The translations under genes and the position numbers were made by a program. Below the pieces are notes generated by a model. The model did not search any database. It saw nothing but the letters and a program-made list of their open reading frames with translations, and was not told the origin of the DNA. A stretch of DNA of 64,000 nt from Sulfobacillus sp. (GTDB lineage: Bacteria > Bacillota > Sulfobacillia > Sulfobacillales > Sulfobacillaceae). Location of the stretch: NCBI GenBank assembly GCA_027309085.1, contig DAIDDL010000002.1, positions 47,063-111,062 on the forward strand. Reading direction: 5' to 3'. This document shows positions 9,336-17,771 of the stretch, piece after piece. Positions within the stretch are counted from its first letter, which is position 1. Each line of letters starts with the position of its first letter.

Positions 9336-9551
9336 CTATCCCCACCACAGTGGTACACGGCTGCGCACCTTTCTGCGCGGGTTCTGGGGTCTCGGTGCGG
9401 AGCAGTGAAAACAGAGCTCTTGTTCCGCTATTCTTTGGGCATAATCAAAAGGCCACTGGATATAGATCGTATCGTCGTGCCCACACTGCCGGCGCACCTG
9501 AACAGGAAATGTCCTCTCGGCGGTGGACACCCTATTGGTATCAAATGCCAT
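9336..9551 (-). CDS. Small hypothetical protein (71 aa) with CGH...CxxC putative zinc-binding motif
   Basis: Strong RBS GGAGGT 4 nt before ATG; lies co-directionally inside the operon between permease and ligase. Confidence 0.55.
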   Translation of the reverse strand: MAFDTNRVSTAERTFPVQVRRQCGHDDTIYIQWPFDYAQRIAEQELCFHCSAPRPQNPRRKVRSRVPLWWG

Positions 9552-9590
9552 TTGACCTCCATCATATCTTCAAACGGCGAGTTTAAAAAC

Positions 9591-11135
9591 TCACAGTTTG
9601 GCTAACTGGTCCTCACTATCAGATTTTTGGATAATGGCTGGGCCCTTAAATTCATACCGCACCTTGGTGAGATACCAAGTCACGAGCAAGCCTACCACCA
9701 CGACCAACACGACCGGCGTGTAATTAAAATTGCTCAAGGTTACCGGGCGCACTACTGGCAGCGAGAACAAAATGCAGATGAAGATGACCCATCCTACGGC
9801 TAGCCACCCCACAACGCGGCTGTACTTTCCCAAATTCCAAGGGCCCGGTGTAAACCGCTCCGGATGGATGAGCTTCAAAAACGCTGGAGTCACATAGGAA
9901 ATAAATAACCCGATAACGCCAATGGACGTCACGGCAGAATATACGACGGAACTCCACAGTGCGGGAACAGCCAGCAGGAAGGCCAATATGGCCGATAGCC
10001 AAATAGCATTTTGGGGAGAACGGATTTTATTTAATTTCCTCAGTTTTTGGCTGGCAGGAAGCCCTCCATCCCTAGCAAACGCATAGATCATCCGGGAATT
10101 GGCGGTGACCGAGGACATTCCACAAAAAAACATAGCCACAAGAGCCATTGCAAAGAGGAGCGTGCCCCCTACCGAACCCAAACGCGTGGTGAAAATGTAT
10201 AGTACCGGATTCGCAGCCGCCAGGGTCTTAGTCATCGAGGGAATTGAGGCAACCATCCCCAGAAGTAAAATGTAGCCAACAATCCCAGAAATCGCCACGG
10301 AAAGAACGATGCCCCATGACGGAGCCGTTGAAGCCCCGATAGTTTCTTCAGACATATGCGCCGATGCGTCGAATCCGGTAATCGTGTACGATGCCAGCAG
10401 CATGCCAATTAAGAATCCATACCATAGAGGAAACCCTGTGTGGGTCTGGGCAAATCCGTAGATAAATGACCACACATGCACATGATGAGGTGCAAGAAAT
10501 AGGAGAGTGGCCACAATCAGGGTTGCGCCACCAACATGCCACCACACACTGACGTCATTGAGGATGGCGACAATTCTCACTCCGTTGATATTCAATAGTG
10601 CGTGAATCAATAAAAGAACGGCATAGATGCCGAGAGTGGCTTCAACCCCCGGTTGCCCCACCGTAGGGAAATGGGGAGCCCATTGGTTGATCAAGGCATC
10701 AATAAAAATCGCCAGACCATAATCAATGCCCGCAGTAATGGCCACTTGCCCTATAAGGTTAAACCACCCCGTAAACCAACCCCATCCCGATCCTCCAAGC
10801 ATACTGGACCAAAAATACAATCCGCCGGTGGTCGGGAAGGCCGATGCTGTCTCCGCCATATTGAGAGCCACAAACATGACGAATACGGTCACAATAGGCC
10901 AGCCATACGCTGCTGCCGCGGGCCCCGACGCCGTCAGCCCGAACGCAAACAACGTCAACGGCCCGCTAAGAATGGAAATAATCGTGAATGAAATCGCGAA
11001 ATTGGAGAATCCCCCCATCGTGCGATATAACTCCTGCACGTAGCCAAAACGTTTGAGCTCTTGCTCGTCATGCTGGATAGTATCTATTTCCCGCTCGTCG
11101 TGCTGAATAGTATCCGGAGGAACCCTTGGATTCAT
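9591..11135 (-). CDS. APC-superfamily amino acid/amine permease (ACT-like: GABA/choline-type)
   Basis: ~12 TM helices; ELKRFGYVQELYRTMGGFSNFAISFTIISI, SAFPTTGGLYFW and TGFDASAHMSEET motifs. Confidence 0.9.
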   Translation of the reverse strand: MNPRVPPDTIQHDEREIDTIQHDEQELKRFGYVQELYRTMGGFSNFAISFTIISILSGPLTLFAFGLTASGPAAAAYGWPIVTVFVMFVALNMAETASAFPTTGGLYFWSSMLGGSGWGWFTGWFNLIGQVAITAGIDYGLAIFIDALINQWAPHFPTVGQPGVEATLGIYAVLLLIHALLNINGVRIVAILNDVSVWWHVGGATLIVATLLFLAPHHVHVWSFIYGFAQTHTGFPLWYGFLIGMLLASYTITGFDASAHMSEETIGASTAPSWGIVLSVAISGIVGYILLLGMVASIPSMTKTLAAANPVLYIFTTRLGSVGGTLLFAMALVAMFFCGMSSVTANSRMIYAFARDGGLPASQKLRKLNKIRSPQNAIWLSAILAFLLAVPALWSSVVYSAVTSIGVIGLFISYVTPAFLKLIHPERFTPGPWNLGKYSRVVGWLAVGWVIFICILFSLPVVRPVTLSNFNYTPVVLVVVVGLLVTWYLTKVRYEFKGPAIIQKSDSEDQLAKL

Positions 11136-11372
11136 TTTTATTTCCCCTCCCTATTATTTAACAGGCGTGAAGGTGACTGCTACCAGGACGTAGGATGTTA
11201 GGCGAGCCGAGATTTGTGACACGATTCTATCAATATCGTAAGAAGACGGCCCGGCTTGTGCTATAGTCAATTTTTCCGATTTGTCTGTAATTATATAGAT
11301 AGAAATGCACATGCCATTTTATCTATTTCCCCGGAGTTTTCTATTCTCCATAATTTTATCGGGAGGCGGCGG

Positions 11373-12350
11373 ATGAACAACTATCACATAAAGCAGGGAT
11401 TGATGGCGACAAATGATGCACACGCCATGCTGGCAACTGTCGACCTGATAATATTCGACGTCGACGGCGTCTTGGTGGACGCGAGCCAATCCTACCCGTC
11501 GGCGATCCGCGACGCCGTGATCTTGTATTATTCTTTGTTTAATCGCAACAACAATATGAACTGCAGCATTTCTGTCGAAGACGTCAGTCTCTTCAAACAA
11601 GCAGGGGGATTTAACGACGAATGGCATTTAGCGTATGCTCTATGTCTATGGGTGATATGGCACAATATTGATACGGACAGCTTGTCTTTACAAGCGTTTG
11701 TTGAACAACTCTCACAACGCGGCGGAGGAGTTCAAGCCGCTGAAGAAATTGTTAAGCAGGCCGCGACTTCTTATTGGGATGTGATTCACACCGTGTGCCA
11801 GCGCGGCATCATAGAAAACATGGCAAAGGAACTCTATGGAGGGGAGGATTCTTGTGAACAGCTCTTTGGCTTCTCTCCGCATTATTTTAAAAAGCCGGGA
11901 TACCATCATTTGGAACGCGACCTCATAAATCCCTCGCACTTATCGCGGTGGCAAGGCCGGGTGGGAATCTATACGGGCCGCAATGAGCCCGAGACACAAT
12001 TCGTCTTGCGCAGATCTGGATTGGCCCAGTTTTTTTCGTCGGAGAACTGCCTCACCACCGACAGCGGTTACATCAAGCCGGACCCTGAAGGGATAAGATT
12101 TATTTTGGACCATGGGCGATACGAGAGAGCTCTCTTTATCGGCGATACATTGGATGACTTACGTACCGTTGATGGATACCGCACCCGTTACCCCCATGCC
12201 GCTCCCCTTTATTTTGCGGGCATCACCCAAGGAGCAATGGGTCCAAACAGCGAGCGTATTTTTGCTCAGCACCACGCAGATTTTATCGCTCCCGACGCGG
12301 CCACTCTCATCACAGCCCTCAATGGCCTGACACGCCTCGCGAGTGAATAA
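11373..12350 (+). CDS. HAD-superfamily hydrolase (phosphatase)
   Basis: Motif I FDVDGVLVD, motif II TGR, motif III KPDP, motif IV IGDTLDD; RBS GGGAGG before ATG 11373. Confidence 0.85.
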   Translation: MNNYHIKQGLMATNDAHAMLATVDLIIFDVDGVLVDASQSYPSAIRDAVILYYSLFNRNNNMNCSISVEDVSLFKQAGGFNDEWHLAYALCLWVIWHNIDTDSLSLQAFVEQLSQRGGGVQAAEEIVKQAATSYWDVIHTVCQRGIIENMAKELYGGEDSCEQLFGFSPHYFKKPGYHHLERDLINPSHLSRWQGRVGIYTGRNEPETQFVLRRSGLAQFFSSENCLTTDSGYIKPDPEGIRFILDHGRYERALFIGDTLDDLRTVDGYRTRYPHAAPLYFAGITQGAMGPNSERIFAQHHADFIAPDAATLITALNGLTRLASE

Positions 12351-13947
12351 GATGAGCTCCCTCAACGCGCGGCGAGCAAGAGCGCCATTGCTTCCCGCAT
12401 CCACAGCACTGATGTCTCCATGGGGAGCTTTTGTATATAATGCTTTGACAATGGGAGTCATTTTCCCTTGGATTTTTGTGGTGGGACCAGGGGTTTTCCC
12501 CAATGGCAATGTCATTCTAGGAATCGGGCTGGGCATTCTTCTCCAATTGCCTTTGGCTTTATCGTATTCATCTCTTGCGACAGTGCTGCCTAGCACGGGT
12601 GGTGATTACAGCTATCAATCGCGTACACTGGGGAAGGGAATTGGTTTTGTCGTCGTCTTTAGTGGCCTTGTATTATGGGTTCTACAGTGGTTAGCCATCT
12701 CGGGATGGATGATCACGTCGCTAGGCATTTCCCCGCTCCTACTGTCACTGGGGATTATCACCCGCAACCCGGAGCTGACCCACTGGGGCCTCATCGTGCA
12801 AGAACCACTTGCCGTAGCCATCATCAGCATCGTATTTGCTGGGGCAGCCACGATCATGCTCATCCGGGGATTCCATGTATATCTGCGCTTGCAATCACTC
12901 ATATTCATCCTGACGCTGCTTGCTACTTTGCTCATGATCCTATTATTCCTGTCAACGGGGCACCAGGATTTTGTGAGGCAATTTAATTCCTTCGCATATA
13001 ACTTGATGGGCCGCAAAGATCTGTATCATCAGATCCTTATCACCGCGCACCGCGAGGGATGGGCTCCGTTGGCGAAAGGTGACTTTTGGAGCTCCCTGGC
13101 TATTGCTCCCGTGGCTTGGATTAATTTGCAGTGGTGCACGTATAGCGTGGAGCAGGGATCCGAGGTGCGAAACAATGGGCGGTTGCTGACGAACGTGAAG
13201 GTGATGACGGGCTCACTGCTATTTATCGGGGCCACTCTCATGTTGCTGGCACGCGCCGAAAATCATGCCGCCACCCATCAGTTTTTGTCGGCCTTTTCCT
13301 ATTTGTACATGCGCGCCCCAACTATTAGTCCCCTGCGCCCGTTCCCCGGTCTCCTCGCTCTGACTCTCACCCGCAATCCTTGGGTGACTATAGCCATATC
13401 ATGTGGGTTCATTGCCAACAGCTTTCAAATATATGCCAATAGTTACACGGGGGTCACCCGGATTCTGGCCAAAATGGCTGATGACCGCGTCCTGCCGCGG
13501 TGGATAGGCGAAAGACATCCCCGTTATAACACACTGGCGAACGCCCATCTCGCTTACTTTTTTGCTGGCGTAATCTGGATTGCGATATACAACCTTTATC
13601 CCTACGGGATCAGATATACCCTTGATGTGGTCTTCGCCAATGGGTACGTTTTTGTGGTATCAGCGGGCATTGCGGCCATGCTTGTGCCTTACCGGCTCTC
13701 TCGCGAATGGGCAGCCGCACCCGTGCCCCATGGCACATTCCTCGAAGTTCCGTGGATCACTTGGGTCGGGGGACTCAGTATGGCCACTGGAGGCTTCATG
13801 CTTGGCATGCTTCTTTTCGACCAAAATTATGGGGTGTCCACCCCCCTCCCCTTTTCACTGATGACAGGCCTCATTCTCCTCGCCCTTGTGATTTACATGT
13901 TGCGAAAGTCACTGCACGTCCTCAACAGCGCACCGTCCGATAAGTAA
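12343..13947 (+). CDS. APC-family permease
   Basis: ~12 TM helices, LPSTGGDYSYQSRTLG motif; overlaps the HAD stop. Confidence 0.85.
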   Translation: MNKMSSLNARRARAPLLPASTALMSPWGAFVYNALTMGVIFPWIFVVGPGVFPNGNVILGIGLGILLQLPLALSYSSLATVLPSTGGDYSYQSRTLGKGIGFVVVFSGLVLWVLQWLAISGWMITSLGISPLLLSLGIITRNPELTHWGLIVQEPLAVAIISIVFAGAATIMLIRGFHVYLRLQSLIFILTLLATLLMILLFLSTGHQDFVRQFNSFAYNLMGRKDLYHQILITAHREGWAPLAKGDFWSSLAIAPVAWINLQWCTYSVEQGSEVRNNGRLLTNVKVMTGSLLFIGATLMLLARAENHAATHQFLSAFSYLYMRAPTISPLRPFPGLLALTLTRNPWVTIAISCGFIANSFQIYANSYTGVTRILAKMADDRVLPRWIGERHPRYNTLANAHLAYFFAGVIWIAIYNLYPYGIRYTLDVVFANGYVFVVSAGIAAMLVPYRLSREWAAAPVPHGTFLEVPWITWVGGLSMATGGFMLGMLLFDQNYGVSTPLPFSLMTGLILLALVIYMLRKSLHVLNSAPSDK

Positions 13948-14677
13948 CCAATGCTGCGTGCACCAGTTGCCCGCGGCCGCAGCCCCGCTTTGGCGTGCGG
14001 CCCATTCATTACTGCCTGACCGAAAGAAGGCAACGCCTGGACTCTCGAACTTGCCCCAAATGATTCCCAGAGGGAATGCCAGCGCATGATGCCCCAGACA
14101 CCAGTTTTCTTAGAGAGAGGATGATCGCTGTCTAACACCGTCACGTGCACAATCTCGCGGGGTTAACCGCCTGTCTGCCCTCGCGAGACGCGGTGCCTCG
14201 GTCCGGCCATTCTCTGGGTCACCGGCTCATCTATCCGGCATCGGGACCATCACTTGGCACAGCGGTCAATCACTTGGGAATGGTCGGAATCCCCAATATG
14301 CAGAGTGTGCACGGTGACGGTTTTGGATATCATTCATACCCCATGATTCCCGGGAATTCAATACAGCCAAGCCACTTTCTGCCGCTCAGGAGTTTCTCTT
14401 CAACCGTGAATATTCTCGCACAAAAGTAGCGTTTACAGTATAATGAGACAACGAGACTGGGGCTTTAGCTGGGCAGGATTAAGTAGGCAAATTTTCCTGT
14501 GCCGGAGCAGTGTCCCCGGGAGTTAATTGGGCACCGTGCCCATGATAAGAAATCACCGTCGTGCCATAATATTAACTATTATCAATTGGAAAGTGAGGGT
14601 GACAAGAATAGTAAAACGAGAATAACCGTTTGCCACTACGAATAAGTGGGCCTCGACGTTTAAACGTTTAAAGGAGA

Positions 14678-15910
14678 TTGTTTATGGCAGCTCAAAAAAC
14701 ACAGACCATGAATGGACGTCTGATAACCTTAGCGGCTGTGGCTCGGTATGGTAGCGTTTTTTGTGTTTTTTTGAGTTATTTTGATCAGCCGAATCTTTCT
14801 TGGCCACGCATAACCAGTGCATTGCTGCTCTTCTGGGCCTTACTGGCTGCTTTCCAGGACAGGCGACCCGCAGACGATTCCGTGTTGTTGTGGGTTGCTC
14901 TGGAAATCGGGCAGGGACTGGTCGTGTTCTTTATTGGCCTGAGCGTAGACAACTCTGGATGGTATTGGATTTTGTATCTTATTCTCATTATGAGTACTAG
15001 CTTGACCATTCCCTTCCGTTATGGAGGTGGAATACTGCTCATGCTTTTTATGATGCGCGTAGTCAACTTTATGTGGACCAGCACATTGAGTACGGCTGCA
15101 TTTATGCAATCCTTCGTCACGACACTGTGGTTGTGGATTCTTTTATCTCTTACCGGATATATTGTGGTTAACAAGCTGGACGAAATGAATGCCTTGGAAA
15201 AAATGGCCCAAAAATTGACCAGCTCAAATCAGCAATTGACGGCCGCCTACGACAAGCTGCAGGAGTATTCCCGCGAGCTCGAAGAAACGGCCGCACTTCG
15301 GGAACGGGCGCGAATCGCCAGAGAAATCCATGATTCGCTCGGACACAATATGATTGGGCTCGTTTTGCAACTGGAAGCAGCTAGCCGTTCCTTAGCTCAG
15401 GATCCCCCGCTCTCCGCCGATCATCTTCATAACGCCCTTCAGTTGGCTAAATTGGCCACAACCGAAATGCGTCATGCGGTAAAAGCTCTGAGACCACCCC
15501 TGTTGATTCCCGGGCAAATTATCCTGGCCCTCGAACGGCTGATTGATGATTTCTCTGCTGTGACGGGGGTTGACGTGGAGTTTTTAACAAATCTGCAAGA
15601 ATTTGTTTTGGCGGACCAGGTCGAGATAACGGTTTACCGTTCCGTACAGGAAGCCCTGACAAACGCCTACCGCCACGGCGGTGCCAACAATATCCTGGTG
15701 CATATCCGGCAATGCAGTCACTGGATGGCGGTCCGTGTGCATGATGATGGCTTGGGCGTAACGCAGGTTCAAGAAAATTTTGGCCTCGACACCATGAGAA
15801 GGCGAACTGAGCAGGCCGGGGGAACTATAAGGTTCCGGAGCCGCATTCATCACGGTTTCACGATCTTCTTAATAGTACCTATCGGCAACGCACGCTTCGC
15901 TGGAAGTTGA
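14678..15910 (+). CDS. Membrane sensor histidine kinase (HisKA_3; DesK/NarX/LiaS type)
   Basis: N-terminal TMs, ERARIAREIHDSLGH H-box, QEALTNAYRHG N-box, DDGLG G-box. Confidence 0.92.
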   Translation: MFMAAQKTQTMNGRLITLAAVARYGSVFCVFLSYFDQPNLSWPRITSALLLFWALLAAFQDRRPADDSVLLWVALEIGQGLVVFFIGLSVDNSGWYWILYLILIMSTSLTIPFRYGGGILLMLFMMRVVNFMWTSTLSTAAFMQSFVTTLWLWILLSLTGYIVVNKLDEMNALEKMAQKLTSSNQQLTAAYDKLQEYSRELEETAALRERARIAREIHDSLGHNMIGLVLQLEAASRSLAQDPPLSADHLHNALQLAKLATTEMRHAVKALRPPLLIPGQIILALERLIDDFSAVTGVDVEFLTNLQEFVLADQVEITVYRSVQEALTNAYRHGGANNILVHIRQCSHWMAVRVHDDGLGVTQVQENFGLDTMRRRTEQAGGTIRFRSRIHHGFTIFLIVPIGNARFAGS

Positions 15911-15935
15911 CGCAGACTAATGGAGGGGCAATACC

Positions 15936-16658
15936 ATGGAGATCATACGTGTCATGATTGTTGACGATCAAACGTTAGTGTGTCACGGCATTCAAACGAT
16001 TTTAGATATGGAGCCTGACATTTCGGTGGTGGCCATGGCGTCGAACGGCCGTGAGGCGATAAATTATGCGCGGAATCTCCAACCCGACATTATTTTGATG
16101 GACCTCAACATGCCGGTAATGGACGGCGTCCAGAGCACGCGGGAGATCGTGCGCGAAATTCCATCCAGTCGCATTATCATTCTCACCATATTCGATGATG
16201 ATAATTACGTGTTTGAGGGGGTCTCTGCGGGGGCCATCGGCTATTTGATGAAGGATGTGTCGGCAGAAGACTTGATTAATTCCGTGAGAACGGTAGCCCG
16301 TGGGGGGGCGATGGTCGCTCCCCATGTTGCTGCGAAGATTTTAAAACAGTTCGGCCGCCTAACACGGTCCACCTCCCCCTCCCTGGACAAAGTCGCGCAG
16401 CCAGCGGAGAATCATCTCAAGCGCGAAGACTCCCACAGCTACGGGTTGACAAACCGCGAGTGGGATATCCTAGATTGCCTGGCACGGGGCTATAGCAATA
16501 AGAAGATCGCTGAAAGTCTCCATATAGCGGACGGTACCGTCAAAAACCATATTTGCCATATTTTTGATAAGCTTCAGTTGCGTGACCGCACGCAAGTGGC
16601 CCTGTTTGCCGTAAAAAATCGCCCCCCTGATTCGCGTAGACCCTTGTCCAAAGCCTGA
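15936..16658 (+). CDS. NarL/LuxR-family response regulator
   Basis: Receiver (VDDQ, MDLNMP, GYLMKD) plus LuxR HTH (LTNREWDIL..GYSNKKIA..TVKNHI). Confidence 0.95.
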   Translation: MEIIRVMIVDDQTLVCHGIQTILDMEPDISVVAMASNGREAINYARNLQPDIILMDLNMPVMDGVQSTREIVREIPSSRIIILTIFDDDNYVFEGVSAGAIGYLMKDVSAEDLINSVRTVARGGAMVAPHVAAKILKQFGRLTRSTSPSLDKVAQPAENHLKREDSHSYGLTNREWDILDCLARGYSNKKIAESLHIADGTVKNHICHIFDKLQLRDRTQVALFAVKNRPPDSRRPLSKA

Positions 16659-16727
16659 ACGCGTAGGCTTTAAGGACTACAATTGGTTAAAAATAGAGAA
16701 AACGGTCTATTTTCGCGTTTGGTTTGG

Positions 16728-16744
16728 TGGTCTACAGTAGACCA
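16728..16744. promoter_or_regulatory. Perfect palindrome, candidate operator of the kinase-gcvT-like-ALDH operon
   Basis: TGGTCTAC-A-GTAGACCA; a second inverted repeat AAAATAGA-N8-TCTATTTT lies at 16690-16713. Confidence 0.45.
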
Positions 16745-16797
16745 ATGGACGGTAAATCTTGTTTGGCAATAAACGCACAAGGAATGGGGGTGTTCTT

Positions 16798-17724
16798 GTG
16801 ACTAGGCATACACCGCAAACCCTGGAAACTGTGTTGCGGACGTCAATCCCTGAGTGGAAAGAGTTATCCTTATCTACAAAACATGTATCGGGAGGCATGA
16901 CAAACGAAAATTTTTGCGTTCAAGCCGGTGACCAGGCCTTTTTTGTGAGGTTGAGTGACCGCAACAGTCAAAGATTGGGCATTGACCGCAATGATGAATA
17001 TGCTGCCGCCTATGAAGCCGCCAAAATAGGCGTAGGTCCCCAGGTGCATGCGTATTTTCCCTTTCAGAGGATATTGATTACCCATTATATTGCCGGCCGT
17101 TCTCTGCTGTCGCAAGACTTCCATTCAACACAACGCCTCGATGAATTTATTGACCTCCTCTACCGAGTGCATCAATCGAAGCTGTCCATCAAGCCGTTCT
17201 CTGTCTTCGCCGTTGTTGGCAATTACTGGAATATCATCCGGGACCACCCGGCCAACCTTCCCGAGAATATTGGAGACATTTTATCTCTCGCTAGTGTCAT
17301 TGAGGATTATATTCCCGACGAGCCCACGACTCTGTGTCACAACGACTTGCTAGCAGCGAATTTCCTGGCTGACCATCAAACCCACCGCCTGTGGTTGGTC
17401 GATTGGGAGTACGCGGGCAGAGGCAGCCTCTATTTTGATTTAGGAAATTTTTGTGCGAATCAAGAACTTCCCGTGACTTTGGAACGATATTTGGTCGAAC
17501 GCTATTTTTCTTACCGGAATGTTGAGTACCATTTGGCCTGTGTTCGCCTGATGCGGATAATGTCCGATATCAGGGAAGCCTTTTGGGGGCTGGTCCAGCA
17601 CTGCCTGTCTCCTCTTTCGGTAGATTTTCTTGCCTATGCCGAACTGCATCTCAAGCGGGTTGAAAAAGCGATCGAAGCATCCGAATTGGATATGAATTTG
17701 AAGGTTATAGCCCAATGGCGCTGA
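16798..17724 (+). CDS. Choline/ethanolamine kinase family phosphotransferase (APH-like)
   Basis: GGMTNEN, CHNDLLAANFL (Brenner motif), VDWEYAG, YFDLGN. GTG start at 16798 inferred from the RBS; the ORF opens from 16759. Confidence 0.88.
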   Translation: MTRHTPQTLETVLRTSIPEWKELSLSTKHVSGGMTNENFCVQAGDQAFFVRLSDRNSQRLGIDRNDEYAAAYEAAKIGVGPQVHAYFPFQRILITHYIAGRSLLSQDFHSTQRLDEFIDLLYRVHQSKLSIKPFSVFAVVGNYWNIIRDHPANLPENIGDILSLASVIEDYIPDEPTTLCHNDLLAANFLADHQTHRLWLVDWEYAGRGSLYFDLGNFCANQELPVTLERYLVERYFSYRNVEYHLACVRLMRIMSDIREAFWGLVQHCLSPLSVDFLAYAELHLKRVEKAIEASELDMNLKVIAQWR

Positions 17725-17771
17725 CAACATTTTCCCCATTTCACTACTATCCATTCAAAGAAGGGTGAAGA

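Noticed and set aside
13950-14450. Possible IS or gene remnant between the APC permease and the sensor kinase
   Set aside because: No terminal repeats or recognisable protein motif in any frame.
14459-14500. GGGGCTTTAGCT start resembling tRNA-Ala
   Set aside because: No D, anticodon or T-arm (no GTTCRA) and no acceptor-stem partner.
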